Assembly (NCBI GenBank): GCA_964304625.1 | Contig: OZ199838.1 | Coordinates: forward strand, 14,991,450-15,055,449 | DNA length: 64,000 bases | Direction: 5' to 3' | Origin: Kudoa neothunni | Taxonomy: Eukaryota; Animalia; Cnidaria | Shown: in pieces, positions 40,644-52,776 of the stretch | How the letters are laid out: every line of letters begins with the position of its first letter | Position numbering within the stretch: the stretch's first letter is position 1 | Notes under the pieces: model-generated | The model's input: the letters and a program-made list of their open reading frames with translations, nothing else | The model's database searches: none | Told to the model about the DNA's origin: nothing | Program-made: the position numbers and the translations under genes

Positions 40644-43600
40644 TGTAGTGAACCTAATATAATTAATCATCACCTTTATGTTATGGTCGAGGTTCGTCGT
40701 CGGTGGCGTGGTTAGTTTTGTTGAACCGTGTTTTCTATAGCTTGTCGCTGCCGCGTTACATTTGGTGTCAGAGGTCCAAGTGAAAATGAAAATCAAGGAA
40801 ATTAATTTTGATATGCCGATCGACGTGCAACTTGAGGAATTGGAGGCAAGATCCCTCATAAAAAACCACACGACGGAACAACATTACGCGTTCCTGCTAC
40901 TAGCAATACCTATCCACCAACGTCCAATGTTAAAGCCGTCCGATCAAGAGAAACTCGAATTGGGTCCCGTAGAAGCGTTGACGAGGAGGATAAAGGGATA
41001 TTATGCAAGTGTCACAAGTATACAAAACCAGTGGACGATTTTCTTGAACGACAAAATAAAGTCAGGAGAGAGAATCCAAGAATTTGCCAATCGAATTTTG
41101 CTTCGCCTAAAAGCGGCTAGACCGAATGCGACGGCGGAAGATATAATATTCTTCCTGAAACCAAAAATTGTTGAGACAGTGCCAAAAATGTACCAACCCA
41201 TATTGAACAGTGAATCCACCGGAAACATGGCGGTACTCGTGGAGAAAGCCCAAGCGTATCTTGACGCAAATCCGACAGACGCAACCGATACGACCCCATA
41301 CATAAATGCTGTGAAACAACCAATTTATCCTACTCGACCACCCAACAAACAGGAATGTTATAAATGTGGGTAGTAGATACCATTTTGGCCACGAATGTAA
41401 GGGCCTCATACGCTGTAACATATGCCAAAAGGTTGGGCACATGGCAAAAAAATGCTATAGTCGGTCGGGAAACGAAAAAAGGGGGCAGGCCTACTCTCGA
41501 GCCTCGCTCCCGAATTCACCGAAATTAGAGAGTATTGCCATGACTACTAATATTCGAAACGAAGGCACGCCCCAGGGATTAATTGTGTCTTGTGCTTGCC
41601 CAGATCCGAAAATTCATTTAGTGGCTTGGTGGATACAGGATCGTCGCATACCCTCATTAATGGAAAACTTATCAATAATAGTATGAATGTAGTGGAGTGT
41701 CCTTATATGTGTCTTTTCTCTGCGCGTGGCGACAAGATTGAAATATCGCATTTTATCACAATTCAAGTGCATATTGGTAGAGTTTGGGTAGATTGCAAAG
41801 CATTTATTGTTAACAATCTGATATACGATGCTATTATTGGGAGAGATTTTTTGTTCGAACATTGTAATATCATTATTGATACGAAATTATCTGATGGTCA
41901 TTTGAACAATATCCCGCCAAGGAGCCAGTCGGTCAATACAATAAAATATCCATTACAGTCACTGGTAAAATCCCGAGATATCAAAGGTGTTAATATGGTT
42001 CGGTCTGTGGAAAGAGCTGGTGATTGCTCAGTCGGAGAATACGCCATCCATAGGATTGTAACCGACGGTCACGAACCAATTTCATCTAGACCCTATAGAG
42101 TTCCCATACACTACAGGGATGCGGTAGACCAAAGAAATAGACAGGATGCTATCGTTGGGAGTGATACAACGATCAAAAAGTGCTTGGTCATCTCCAGTTG
42201 TGATAGTGGAGAAGAAGAGCGGTGATCTACGTCTGTGCGTCGATTACAGGAAATTGAACGATGTGACCGTAAAAGATGAATATCCACTGCCAATTCTTGA
42301 AGAAGTATTGGATTCACTTGGGGGGTGCAAATTTTTTTCTCAACTCTGGACTTGCAATCCGGCTATTGGCAAATACCGATGGCACCGGAGGATGTTGAGA
42401 AAACTGCATTTAGTCATGGTCGTGGACTTTACGAATTTCTCAAAATGCCCTTCGGATTGTGTAATGGTCCAGCCACATTCCAAAGAATAATGGACAGACT
42501 ACTTAGCGATTTGCCCTTTGCTATAGCATACCTTGACGATATTGTGATATTCTCAAAGTCAAAATCTGAACATATGGACCACGTTGATATAGTATTGGAG
42601 AGGCTGGACACGGCAAATTTGAAAATTAACAACGAAAAATCCAAATTCTGCAAAAACGAGCTGGCTTATTTGGGATTCATTATCTCCAAGGATGGTATTC
42701 GGAATGACCCTGATAGAGTAAAAAGTATATTGGACTGGAAAGAACCAAAATCCAAAGATGACTTGCAAGCTTTTCTTGGCGCTTTAAACTTTATGCATAG
42801 ACACATTAAAGGATTGGCTAAGCTCTCATCACATTTTACGGATATGATGTCCATCGAAGGTACCATTCAAATGGGATGACGACGAAAGGAAAATGTTCCG
42901 CATATTGAAGGAGGCTGTAAAGGAGCCACCTACTTTAGCATATCCGAATCCGGACATTCCATTCTATCTTGAATGTGATGCATCAAATACAGCTGTTGGA
43001 GCAGTGCTTTATCAGAGCCCGGAGAGAAAAGATGTCATTGCCTATACAAGTAAAAGTTAAATTGCAGCCAAAAGAACTATAGTGTGACAGACAGAGAGGC
43101 ATTGGCGATCGTAAACGCTGTACGAAAATTTCGACATTACTTGATTGGGAAAAAATTCTTCATATTGACAGATCACAATCCCCTGGTCTATTTGAGGAGC
43201 ATGAAAGATCCAAGAGGGAGACGCGCTCGTTGGTTGATGGAAATGGAAGACTATTGTTATGAAATTATGTATAAACCTGGATGTCAAAACAACATTGCGG
43301 ATGCCCTGTCCAGAAGCGTGCTCAGTATGGGAACATATGCTACCTACGATCAATTAAGGACAGCACAAAACGAGGATAAATGCATACAAGTCGCTAAAAA
43401 TGCCAAGAGGAATCCGACGGAATCGACAAAATTATCTGGAAACTCCGAACTGAAGAAATTGTATGATAGAAGAGACAAATTGGAAATGGTGGATGGATTA
43501 CTTTGTCACGCCTCACGTTTTGGTAAATTACCTGTTGTTCCATGGCGAATGAGAAGAATGATCGTTAAAAAAGTACATGAGGAATGTGCACACTCAGGAA

Positions 43601-44812
43601 TAACGAAGACAGTACAAGTATTACGGAGAAATTTTTATTGGCCAACGCTAGAAGACGATGTTACATCTATGATAAAAAAGTGTGATATATGCCTGAAAGT
43701 GAAAGGAAATACTCATAAAGTAAAAGTACCACTAATGCCGATCCCCGTGCTAGGTCCTTGTGTAAGATGGCACGTAGATTTTATGGGACCAATGGAAACT
43801 ACATCAAACGGTAATAGGTTTGTAATTCTATTTATAGATCAATTTACTAAATGGGTGGAAGCAAAAGCCTTATCAACAATCACAGCTAAAGAAACCGCGG
43901 ATGCTTTCTTTGAATTGATAATATCGCGCCACGGTTGCCCGAAATATCTACATTCGGATCAAGGAGTTCAGTTTGAATCAGTATTATTCGGTGATGTCTG
44001 TAGACTTTTTGGTGTTCAAAAGTCGCGGTCGACGGCCTATCACCCGGAAGGAAATGACATGGCAGAGCGTCAAGTACGTAACATAAAAACTAAACTTAAA
44101 GCTCTCATTCTGGAAAACAACGCAGAATGGGACCAAAGTTTAGATAAAGCCCTCTGGCTACTAGAATAACGCCGTCAGCAACTACGGGTTATAGCCCCGC
44201 GTATTTAATGTATGGTAGAGAATTAGTTACACCTACTAGTACAATATCCTACAATCTAAACAATGCTGTTACAAACCCTCATGTTTACGCTGAGAAACTC
44301 TCGAATGCAATGAGAAGCGCATTAAACAAAGCAAAAGAGAATATAGAAGAGGCACAAACGAAACAGTCTTATTACTACAACCGCAAAAATGTCAATGGAA
44401 AACAGAAAATAGGAAGTCATGTCTACATAAAGAATAGGAAAATCACTTCACTTGCCCCAAAATATGAAGGACCATATAAGGTAATAAAGGCAAAAGGCCC
44501 TGTTTGTTTTGTTGAAAACCACACCAATAAAATTCAGTCCGTCCATGAAAATGACGTCTTGCCAACATATACCATCGATGAGTCAAATACCAATCCGAAC
44601 ACTAAACAAAACAATAGACCTACGAGAAACAAGAAAAGGCCGCTATACCTTGATGATTTCGAAGTATAATCCATTATTCTAAAAGGGGGAGTAATGTAAG
44701 TGAACCTAATATAATTAATCATCACCTTTATGTTATGGTCGAGGTTCGTCGTCGGTGGCGTGGTTAGTTTTGTTGAACCGTGTTTTCTATAGCTTGTCGC
44801 TGCCGCGTTACA
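40644..44812 (+). mobile_element. Ty3/Gypsy LTR retrotransposon (gag with two CCHC knuckles, protease, RT, RNase H, integrase)
   Basis: LTRs 40644-40760 and 44695-44812 (TG..CA, differ by one indel); TSD GTCCC; PBS TGGTGTCAGA; PPT AAAAGGGGGAG; LVDTGS, YLDD, CDAS, HHCC, DFMGP/SDQG, GPY motifs. Confidence 0.97.
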
Positions 44813-46700
44813 GTCCCCATTGGAAATGAGAGAGATTAATTCACCTAAAATCTTGTTTAATGAATCATATTGACTCCCTGTTTTTTCAGACCCTAGCGAA
44901 GCTACTTTCTTACAAAGAATTTCTAGCTCCCTATATCGTTTAAAAACAGAATTCGAAACGGGGCACTGACTCGAAATTTCTGTAATACCTGGTTGCACAC
45001 AACTCAAAGGATTTTGAAGATCTATATTTTTGGTCATTTGAATAAATGACACGTAATATTCTTTGTGCCACCTCTTATTACAAGTTTTCTCTTCATATAA
45101 ATCCACGTTCATTATTTTTCTGGCAGAAATAATATGCCTATATGGTGACTCTATACTTACGTAGAAGCAACATGTACAACTATTGGGATCAGTATGATTA
45201 TTTAATTCATCGTGCATAATATTATACACGTATGATTTTAACAATGTTTTATATCGTTCGTTAATGTCCGAATTTAATTTCTCAACAATTTGGTTTGTCA
45301 ACTCTCTAACTGCTTTACTCTCACGCTCACTCCTCATACTTGATGAATAAATAAGTTGATTGATGAATAAGACTTCAAGTGTTGAAAATTTTTGTATGAT
45401 TTGTTTTAATTTTAGGATCATCGTTATAAAAAAGCTTTTGAATTAACTCTGAGGCAGTTTTTCTTTCATCATGTCTTTATCCGTAATGGAACAAACGGTT
45501 TTGGTTGACATTTCCCTCATTATGTTATAGTAGAGATTGACATAACCAGGTAACAGTCACGGTACTCTCCTCAGACAAAAGAGCAATAGCTCCTGTTTGA
45601 CTTTGCCCAAAGAAATCAATAAACAGACATATGTACAATGGCATACGATTATTGATTAATTTATAAGTGGCATCCATAAATACTAGTTTGGGAAATTTTT
45701 TAATAACGTTTTTTCATTTAAAGGTCTTGGAAAAATATTCCAGTCATTTCATTGGAATTATTTATTGAATTAAACAGCTCCGAAATACCAGACAAAACAC
45801 TTTTTTTAGTGTTTGGATATAGTTAAGGATTTTCTTCAACGAAATCTTTTTTTGTGATTGGTTCATGATTTCTACTTGTACTCTTTTTAAATTTCCATCA
45901 TAAAAATGAGCATTTTTTATAAGGTTTTTGCTTTCTTCATCTAATTTTCTATTCATTGTTAAAAAATCCCTAAAATGCTCATTTCTGTTGTAGCTGTGAG
46001 TAAGATTCAATTTTCTAATAACTAACATGTACATGATTTTTCTCTTCCCAGCACTTTTAGATTGTATCTGAATTCAAATTAATTACTTCAATGTGTATAT
46101 AGATAATTACATTTTTACCACCATGAACACAACTAAAAGTGGCCTCAAAATAAACAAGGTCAGAGATCATGTCTCTATCAAATTTTTTAGGGCAGTTGAG
46201 ATTTTTCTAGAGTCTCGGATTCAGTAACAAAAGTTGTTCCGCTTTGAGTATTTATCCGTGAATTCTTTAGTCTTTTCAAAGTTTTTAAATGCATTTCCGA
46301 CCTTGGGTTCAGATGTAATATCCTGAATTAGTAGTGTTTGATCAGACTCTCCTTCCATAATGATTCTACTCGCGACCATCAATGTTTTAACCGTACTCAA
46401 GAAGGTATTTTACTCGTTTATGGTTCTGTAACACATTAAATTAGATTAATTACGAAAATAATATAGATTTATAAAAAATTTAATGTCATTTATAATGATA
46501 CTTATGAATGAGTTTAAAATACCCTCGACGTATTTTGATGCCTAATTGTTAACTAAAAGTTAAATGAAACCTAAATTTATATTCTGCATTTATAAAAGAT
46601 ATTTTTTAGAAAAAATTGTAGGATTGAATTATTATTTTAAGAGAAAAAGCGCGTCCGGCAAAATAGGCACAGCCTATTAAATTAGTTACATATAATGAAA

Positions 46701-49700
46701 CTAGCGCAAAAACCCCGCTTCGCTTGGGTTTCCTTGTCCGGCCACCCTGATAAAAGCCGTGAGCAGGCGAAGGTCATTTTAAGTTCAAAGTCAATTATAA
46801 TTATCTTATCGACCTTTCTATAACAGTCATGGTCGAAATAAACAGCAATGACCCGATCATCCTCACTTTCTTCGTTATTGGACTTTATTTTCATTTAGAA
46901 ATCATAAATTCTTACAAATCATGAGGCGTATTAATCGCTTTACCCAACCCGTCGATGAACTAACTAATCTAAAAGTTTGTTAACAATGTTTTACTTAATC
47001 ATAATGTTCTAACATAATTTTATGTTTATTTAAAAAAAATATAAAACTTTTTAACTTTAACTAAACGTGCAAAGTAAATATATATTCAAGCGTTGAAGCG
47101 ACAGCACAAAAGACAGATTCAAAAAAACTGGCACGTTATGCGACTCGCGCAAAATAATAATTGTTAATAGGCTTAGCCGCCACACACTACTCCCCAGAAT
47201 TTGGTTAGCAGCTTTAAGCCTGTCTAATGATATCAACTCTTGTCGGCCATCGATGTCTATAACGAAATTTTTTGGGGATCTCTTCACGACTTGGAAAGGT
47301 CCAGAATAAGGTTTTTCAAGGGCCGTTGTGTAGTTTGACTTTTCTTTCGAATGATTGGTTGTTGGATTGATATTTTTGTTGATATATTTTTTTTGAGAGT
47401 GTTATCAATTGGTGCTCGTCGAGGAGGTTGGGTTTATCCAAGTTAAATTGTCCAGGAAGTCGAAGATCCTCACCATATAATAATGTAGCGCTAGAGTGAT
47501 CTAACCCTTCTTTGGAGCAGTGCGGATTCCAAGGAGTATCCATGGTAGCTCATCTAACCAGTTGTTGCCAGTTAACTTTGCACGGAGGGACGTTTTGAAG
47601 TGTCTATGGAACCTCTCTATTAAACCATTCGCCTGTGGGTGAAATGCCGTGGTGAGATGTAGTTGGATTCCTAGTAGGTTGCAGACTTGCGTCCAGATGT
47701 TAGAGGTGAATTGGGTACCTCTGTCGGAAGTTACATCCGTAGGTATTCCGTAACGTGAGATCCAACCATGGATGAACGCGAGTGCACAGGTCGTCGCTGA
47801 TATATCAGCTATTGGAATGATTTTTGGCCATCTAGAATAACGATCTATGATGGTGAAGACGTAATTGTAACCTTTGCAGCGAGGTAGTGGACCGACTATA
47901 CCTAGGTTTATGTGACGAAAACGTTCTGACACTAGTGGGTAGGTTGAGACCGTAGTTTTCGTGTGTTTATGGAGTTTAGCAGGTTGACAAGGTATGCATG
48001 TTTTAGCCCACCAACGAATGTCTTTATTCATGTTAGGCCACACAAATTTTTCTGAAATGATTTTCAATGTTGATCTAATGGATGGGTGCGACAAGTTGTG
48101 GAAACAGTTGAATATGTTTTTTTTCCAATTGTCTGGCACCAGTGGACGCATTTTTGGAGTGGATACATCACATAGAATTACCTTGTCGTTATGGTCTGGA
48201 ATCGTTCTCTCAACAATCTTTAGTGATGTTGTTGTTTTGGCAAATTCTTGAAGGTTGGAGTCGTTTAATTGGTCGACCGCAAATTGGATCATGTCAAAAT
48301 CGTAGTTCGGGGCATTCAGAGTTGCAGTTGAGATGCGAGATAGTGTATCCGCCACTACATTACACTTCCCGGAAATATGTCGAATGTCTGTAATGAACTC
48401 TGAAATAAAAGAGAGATGACGTTGCTGCGTTGCTATCCAGTTGTCGGCCGATTTTTTCAACGCCAAGGTAAGAGGTTTGTGATCAGTAAAGGCAACAAAT
48501 TGGCGCCCCTCTAGGAAATATCTAAAGTGTCGGATGGATGAATATAACGCCAAAAGCTCCCGATCGAAAGCACTATATTTCCTTTGTGGTGGGTTGAGGG
48601 CACGGCTGAAAAATGATAATGGTTGTGGGTAGGTTATCCTCACGGTGTTAGCCAGGGCTGTCTTAGCTTCAGAAAATGCTGTTGACGATTTTTCATCCCA
48701 CAGCAGCATTTTGGGTTGGTTTTGCAATTTCGCGTATAATGGGGCGAGTATGGTGGCTACACCGGGAATGAATCTGTGGTAGAAGTTTACCATAGCTAAG
48801 AATTGTTGTAACTGTTTGATTGTTGAAGGTTTGTTGAGCTGTAGAATATCCTTCACTTTTGATGGTAAAGGAGCTATGCCGGTTGAGTTGATTTGGTGTC
48901 CAAGAAAAGAAATGTCACTTTTGCCAAATTCACATTTTTTAGGGTTATGTTTCAGACCATGTTCCCTTAATCGCTGTAGGGTGTTTTCTAAGTGCAGAAG
49001 ATGGCTTTGTGCATCTGTGCTCGCGATGAGGATGTCATCCAGATATACGAAGACGTATGGAACACCTCTGAAGACCTGATCCATTAGACGTTGGAATGTT
49101 TGTGCGGCATTTCGTAGACCAAACGGCACCTTGGTAAACTCATACAAACCGAACGGTGTAATACCGCGGTTTTGTGTATGTCTTGTGCATGTACAGCGAT
49201 TTGGTTGTAGCCGCGAATTAAATCAATTTTTGAAAATATGGTACAGCCATGTAAATTAGATGAGAAATCTTGAATATTAGGAATGAGATAGCGGTCAGGT
49301 TGTGTAATGTTATTCAGTTTTCTGTAATCACCGCAAGGTCTCCATTCTCCATTTTTCTTAGGAACCATATGCAATGGCGATGCCCACGAGCTGTTTGAAG
49401 GTCTAGCGATGCCAAGTTCGATCATTTTTTGGAATTCCTGTTTGACCAACTTAAGTTTTTCGGGTGATAATCTACGCGATTTGCTGAAAACCGGCGCGCC
49501 GTTGGTGGTGATGTGAAGTTCGACATCAAGTGTAGTCTCGTGGGCCATATACTCCGGAGAGGTGACGTCTGCGTATTTGCGGAGGAGTTGTTCGACCGAT
49601 ATGTCTAAACAGGAGGATATTGAGAATTGTGAGGGTTTCAAACCGGTCTTGATCCAAACTCCATGTTGTTGCTTGCAGATATCAATTTTTTGTTGTTGAT

Positions 49701-51117
49701 GTCTACCAATAGAGAAAACCAATGGAGAAAATCGGATCCAAGAATAGGCTGTGATGCATCTGCAAGGATAAATCTCCAAGTGAATTCGGTGCCATTGAGT
49801 TTAATTTTCATCTCCTTTGAGCCATAAGATCTTATGGTGGTTCCATTTGCAGCGATTAAAGGATGGTGTCGTGATAGTGTGGCTCGTTGTAGGTTGTTTG
49901 GAGGGTAAATGCTGACTTGGGCCCCAGTATCAACAAGGAAATAGGTTTTTGAGTTGTTGTCAAAGATATACGGAAGGCTACAATAATTGTGTACGAGCGT
50001 CATAGCCTTCATTGACGCTCGGACGTTTCGTTTCCCGAGAAGATGCAAGGTTTTATACACTTTTGGGCCTTGTGTCCAAATTTTTTATGATACCAGCATA
50101 TTTCGCTCGTTGATGACTGTGCTCGTTGCCGTTCGATTTTGTTGATACTTTTTGTTGCCGACAAATTCTTTGGCTAACCATAGAGCGTCCGCCTTTTCAG
50201 CTAACTTCCGTGGTTCGTCAAAACTATCGGTTGCCAATTGTGTTCGCAGTTCCTCCGGCATTTGTTGGAGGAACAAGTGTTTAAATAGGAAACATGTATG
50301 ATGGTTTCCCATTAGATACAGCATTTCGTCCATTAACACCCGAGGGACGTCTATCTCCTAAATTGGAGACGTTGAGGAGTTTTGCAGCACGTTCTGACTC
50401 GGTAAGTGCGAAGGTGGATAGTAATCGACTTTTTAAAGAGTAGTATTTGTTTTCGCCGGGAGGGTTAAGTAACAAATCGGTTATCCTGATAGTGGTGTCT
50501 TGATCGAGTGAGGCGACAACGTGATGGTATTTAGTATCATCGGTTTTGATGTTACGAAGGGCGAATTGCGTTTCGATATGTATGAACCAGATAGCAGGTT
50601 GCGAGGTCCAAAACGGTGGAAGTTTAATAGATGTTGCACCTATCGATTGTGTTTCCTCGTTTGGGTTGCTGTTTTTGAACATTTTTTGCGACTCGGGCAA
50701 AATAATAATTGTTAATAGGCTTGGCCGCTACAAGCGTATTAATTTATTAATTTCCCGTTTAAGCAACAAATCTTTGTTTGCACCGAAACCCCGCCTACGC
50801 ACAAACAAATGTTGTAATTCGTCTTAAGTACGTTCAAAAGTAGAAAAGAGTAAACTTTCAAAGTTTCAGTTGTATATAAATACAGAAAATTAGAGTTATA
50901 TACGAATATCATTGTCATCAGCGCTAATCTGTTTGAAAAAAGTTTACACTACAAATTAACCGCTTTATTAGAAAGTAGACAATCCCGTCGTATTTTTGTA
51001 GTTAATTTTGTATTTTTTTAAAGTATACTACGAAAATCAAATAGTCTAAAAAGCCTGTATAAGGAGAAGATTTGTGCGTACACACACGGACTTTACTACT
51101 TTATATAGTAGGATAGA
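46701..51117 (-). mobile_element. Non-autonomous Helitron-like element hosting a Gypsy insertion
   Basis: Minus-strand 3' end with a GC-rich stretch then CTAG|T, homologous to 63841-63883; 5' end A|TC..TATATAAAG..GTCCGTGTGTG; a second similar 5' end near 51422. Confidence 0.6.
47094..50732 (-). mobile_element. Ty3/Gypsy LTR retrotransposon (CsRN1/kabuki-like gag), internally deleted
   Basis: TSD AGCGT; 3' LTR 47094-47184 (91 bp) preceded by PPT GGGGAGAG; 5' LTR only 50689-50732; gag IKLPPFW..WF, FLVDTGA, WASPLHMVPK, YLDDILIAS, TDHKPL, SDRGTQF, ANGLIERFHR. Confidence 0.95.
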
Positions 51118-52776
51118 TATTAATAAAACCAAAATAGAAAAATTTATATTCTGTAAACTATATTATTCGATAAATAATTTCCGATCGTTGATTAGGTAAA
51201 TAGATTAACCATAGATAGTCCGGTTATTGCGTTTGTTAATTTGCTCTCAAAATGTATACATCTAAAATAACCACTAATTTAAGGTATATTAAAATTATTT
51301 TATATTTTGAATCCTAAATACATTTTTATAAGTATCACCTGTTGGAAAAGAGTTTATAAAAGTCTCTGTATAAGAATATAATTTGCACACACACACGGAC
51401 ACTACTAGTTTATATATATGGATATGATAAAAAACACACTCATTTTAATATTATTTGATATTATCAGTAATATTTACGAGGAAATAGATAGAACTGATAT
51501 GAAGAACGGATTGATACACTTTGTAAAATCCGTCAATTTGTATTTTCATTAAATAGATAGGATATCTTAGTTTAAGCTAGAATCCACAAGACTCTGATTA
51601 AGATTCATTCAATGACATTTTGACTGGAATGTTATTTTTTTCTCTTGACAAAGGTTAATGATATTAGAAAGGATTATAGTTTGAAGTTTGGTCGTGTTCA
51701 TATTTACTACTATTCATGTAATTTTTTATTCCCTAATTTACTACGGAATTTGTACAAAGACACAAACTAATGACGCGGATATTTTTAATCTTAAGTGACG
51801 CCCACAATTGCGTAGTGTCCATTTTAACTACTAGCAATTCCTATTAATAATTGACTTGTAGAGTGTATTTTCTAAGAATCTATTGTAATCTGTGATTTCT
51901 AGCCTATTGTTATTGTCCTCGGGGGCTAATAATAGTTATTTACAATCAAACCACACTTAACTTGATATTATTATTATTCGTGTCACTGGCCACTTCCTTT
52001 AAAAAAATCCGTTGACTTTATGCAGTATATGTGGGGTTGGACGTTATTTTAATGGTTCCAATTTTGGCGCAAATGCTTGTATATATCAGAAGATTAACGT
52101 TGTCATAGAAACTAACGATCCATTGGAAATCTATTGCTGAGTATTACTAGAAATACAAAACAACATGGATATTTTAAGGTTAAAGTTTAATTTTGTGCGT
52201 AATAACTTTTTTTGGTTACTGATTGAAAAACACGGGTTGCTTCAAATGTCTCACAACTGTTAGCGAGATAATTAATATTGTAAGGACGACTTAACATTTT
52301 CATCATCCCGACCAACTAAAGAATATTATTGGATGGTTTTAGGTTATTAGAATCGGTAGTGTTATCATTTTACAAAGGTTTTATATCGTATTTAATATTG
52401 CGATAATCTTGAATTATGATAAGAAATTTGAAGGTTGATTCGGATTGTTTGCTTTGATAACTAAAAATATTTGTTGGATTTTTGTTCAAAATTTATATTT
52501 GATTGAGCAGTATAAAAGAATAAAAAATTCATTAAACCTAATGTTTATTATTTGATATTCATAAATAAATTTGCGGTCAAATGAACTAATAAACATCTTT
52601 TTATTCACAAATAAGTTTAGCTCGAACCAATCTACTATAAATACCAATAATCGATTCAGCCTTAAAATTACGACGTGGGCTTAGAAAATTACAATATCAT
52701 GACATTATTGTTGATGATAATAATAGAGTAAAATTGTAGATAACGACCACCAACAACTCACGATAGGATTTATTTT

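Larger units (their letters stand above)
39005..46674 (-). mobile_element. MULE/Mutator element with SWIM-domain transposase, carrying nested insertions
   Basis: ~120-bp imperfect TIRs containing GCCGGACGCGCTTTTTCTCTTAAAATAAT; 9-bp TSD TCTTAAATT/TATTAAATT; remnants DATYKL, TDKD and SWIM-like CTCCFYVSIESPYRHI. Confidence 0.85.

Noticed and set aside
44534-45421. 295-aa minus-strand ORF as a novel fusion gene
   Set aside because: It is the MULE transposase frame reading by chance into the antisense 3' LTR and integrase tail of the inserted Gypsy.
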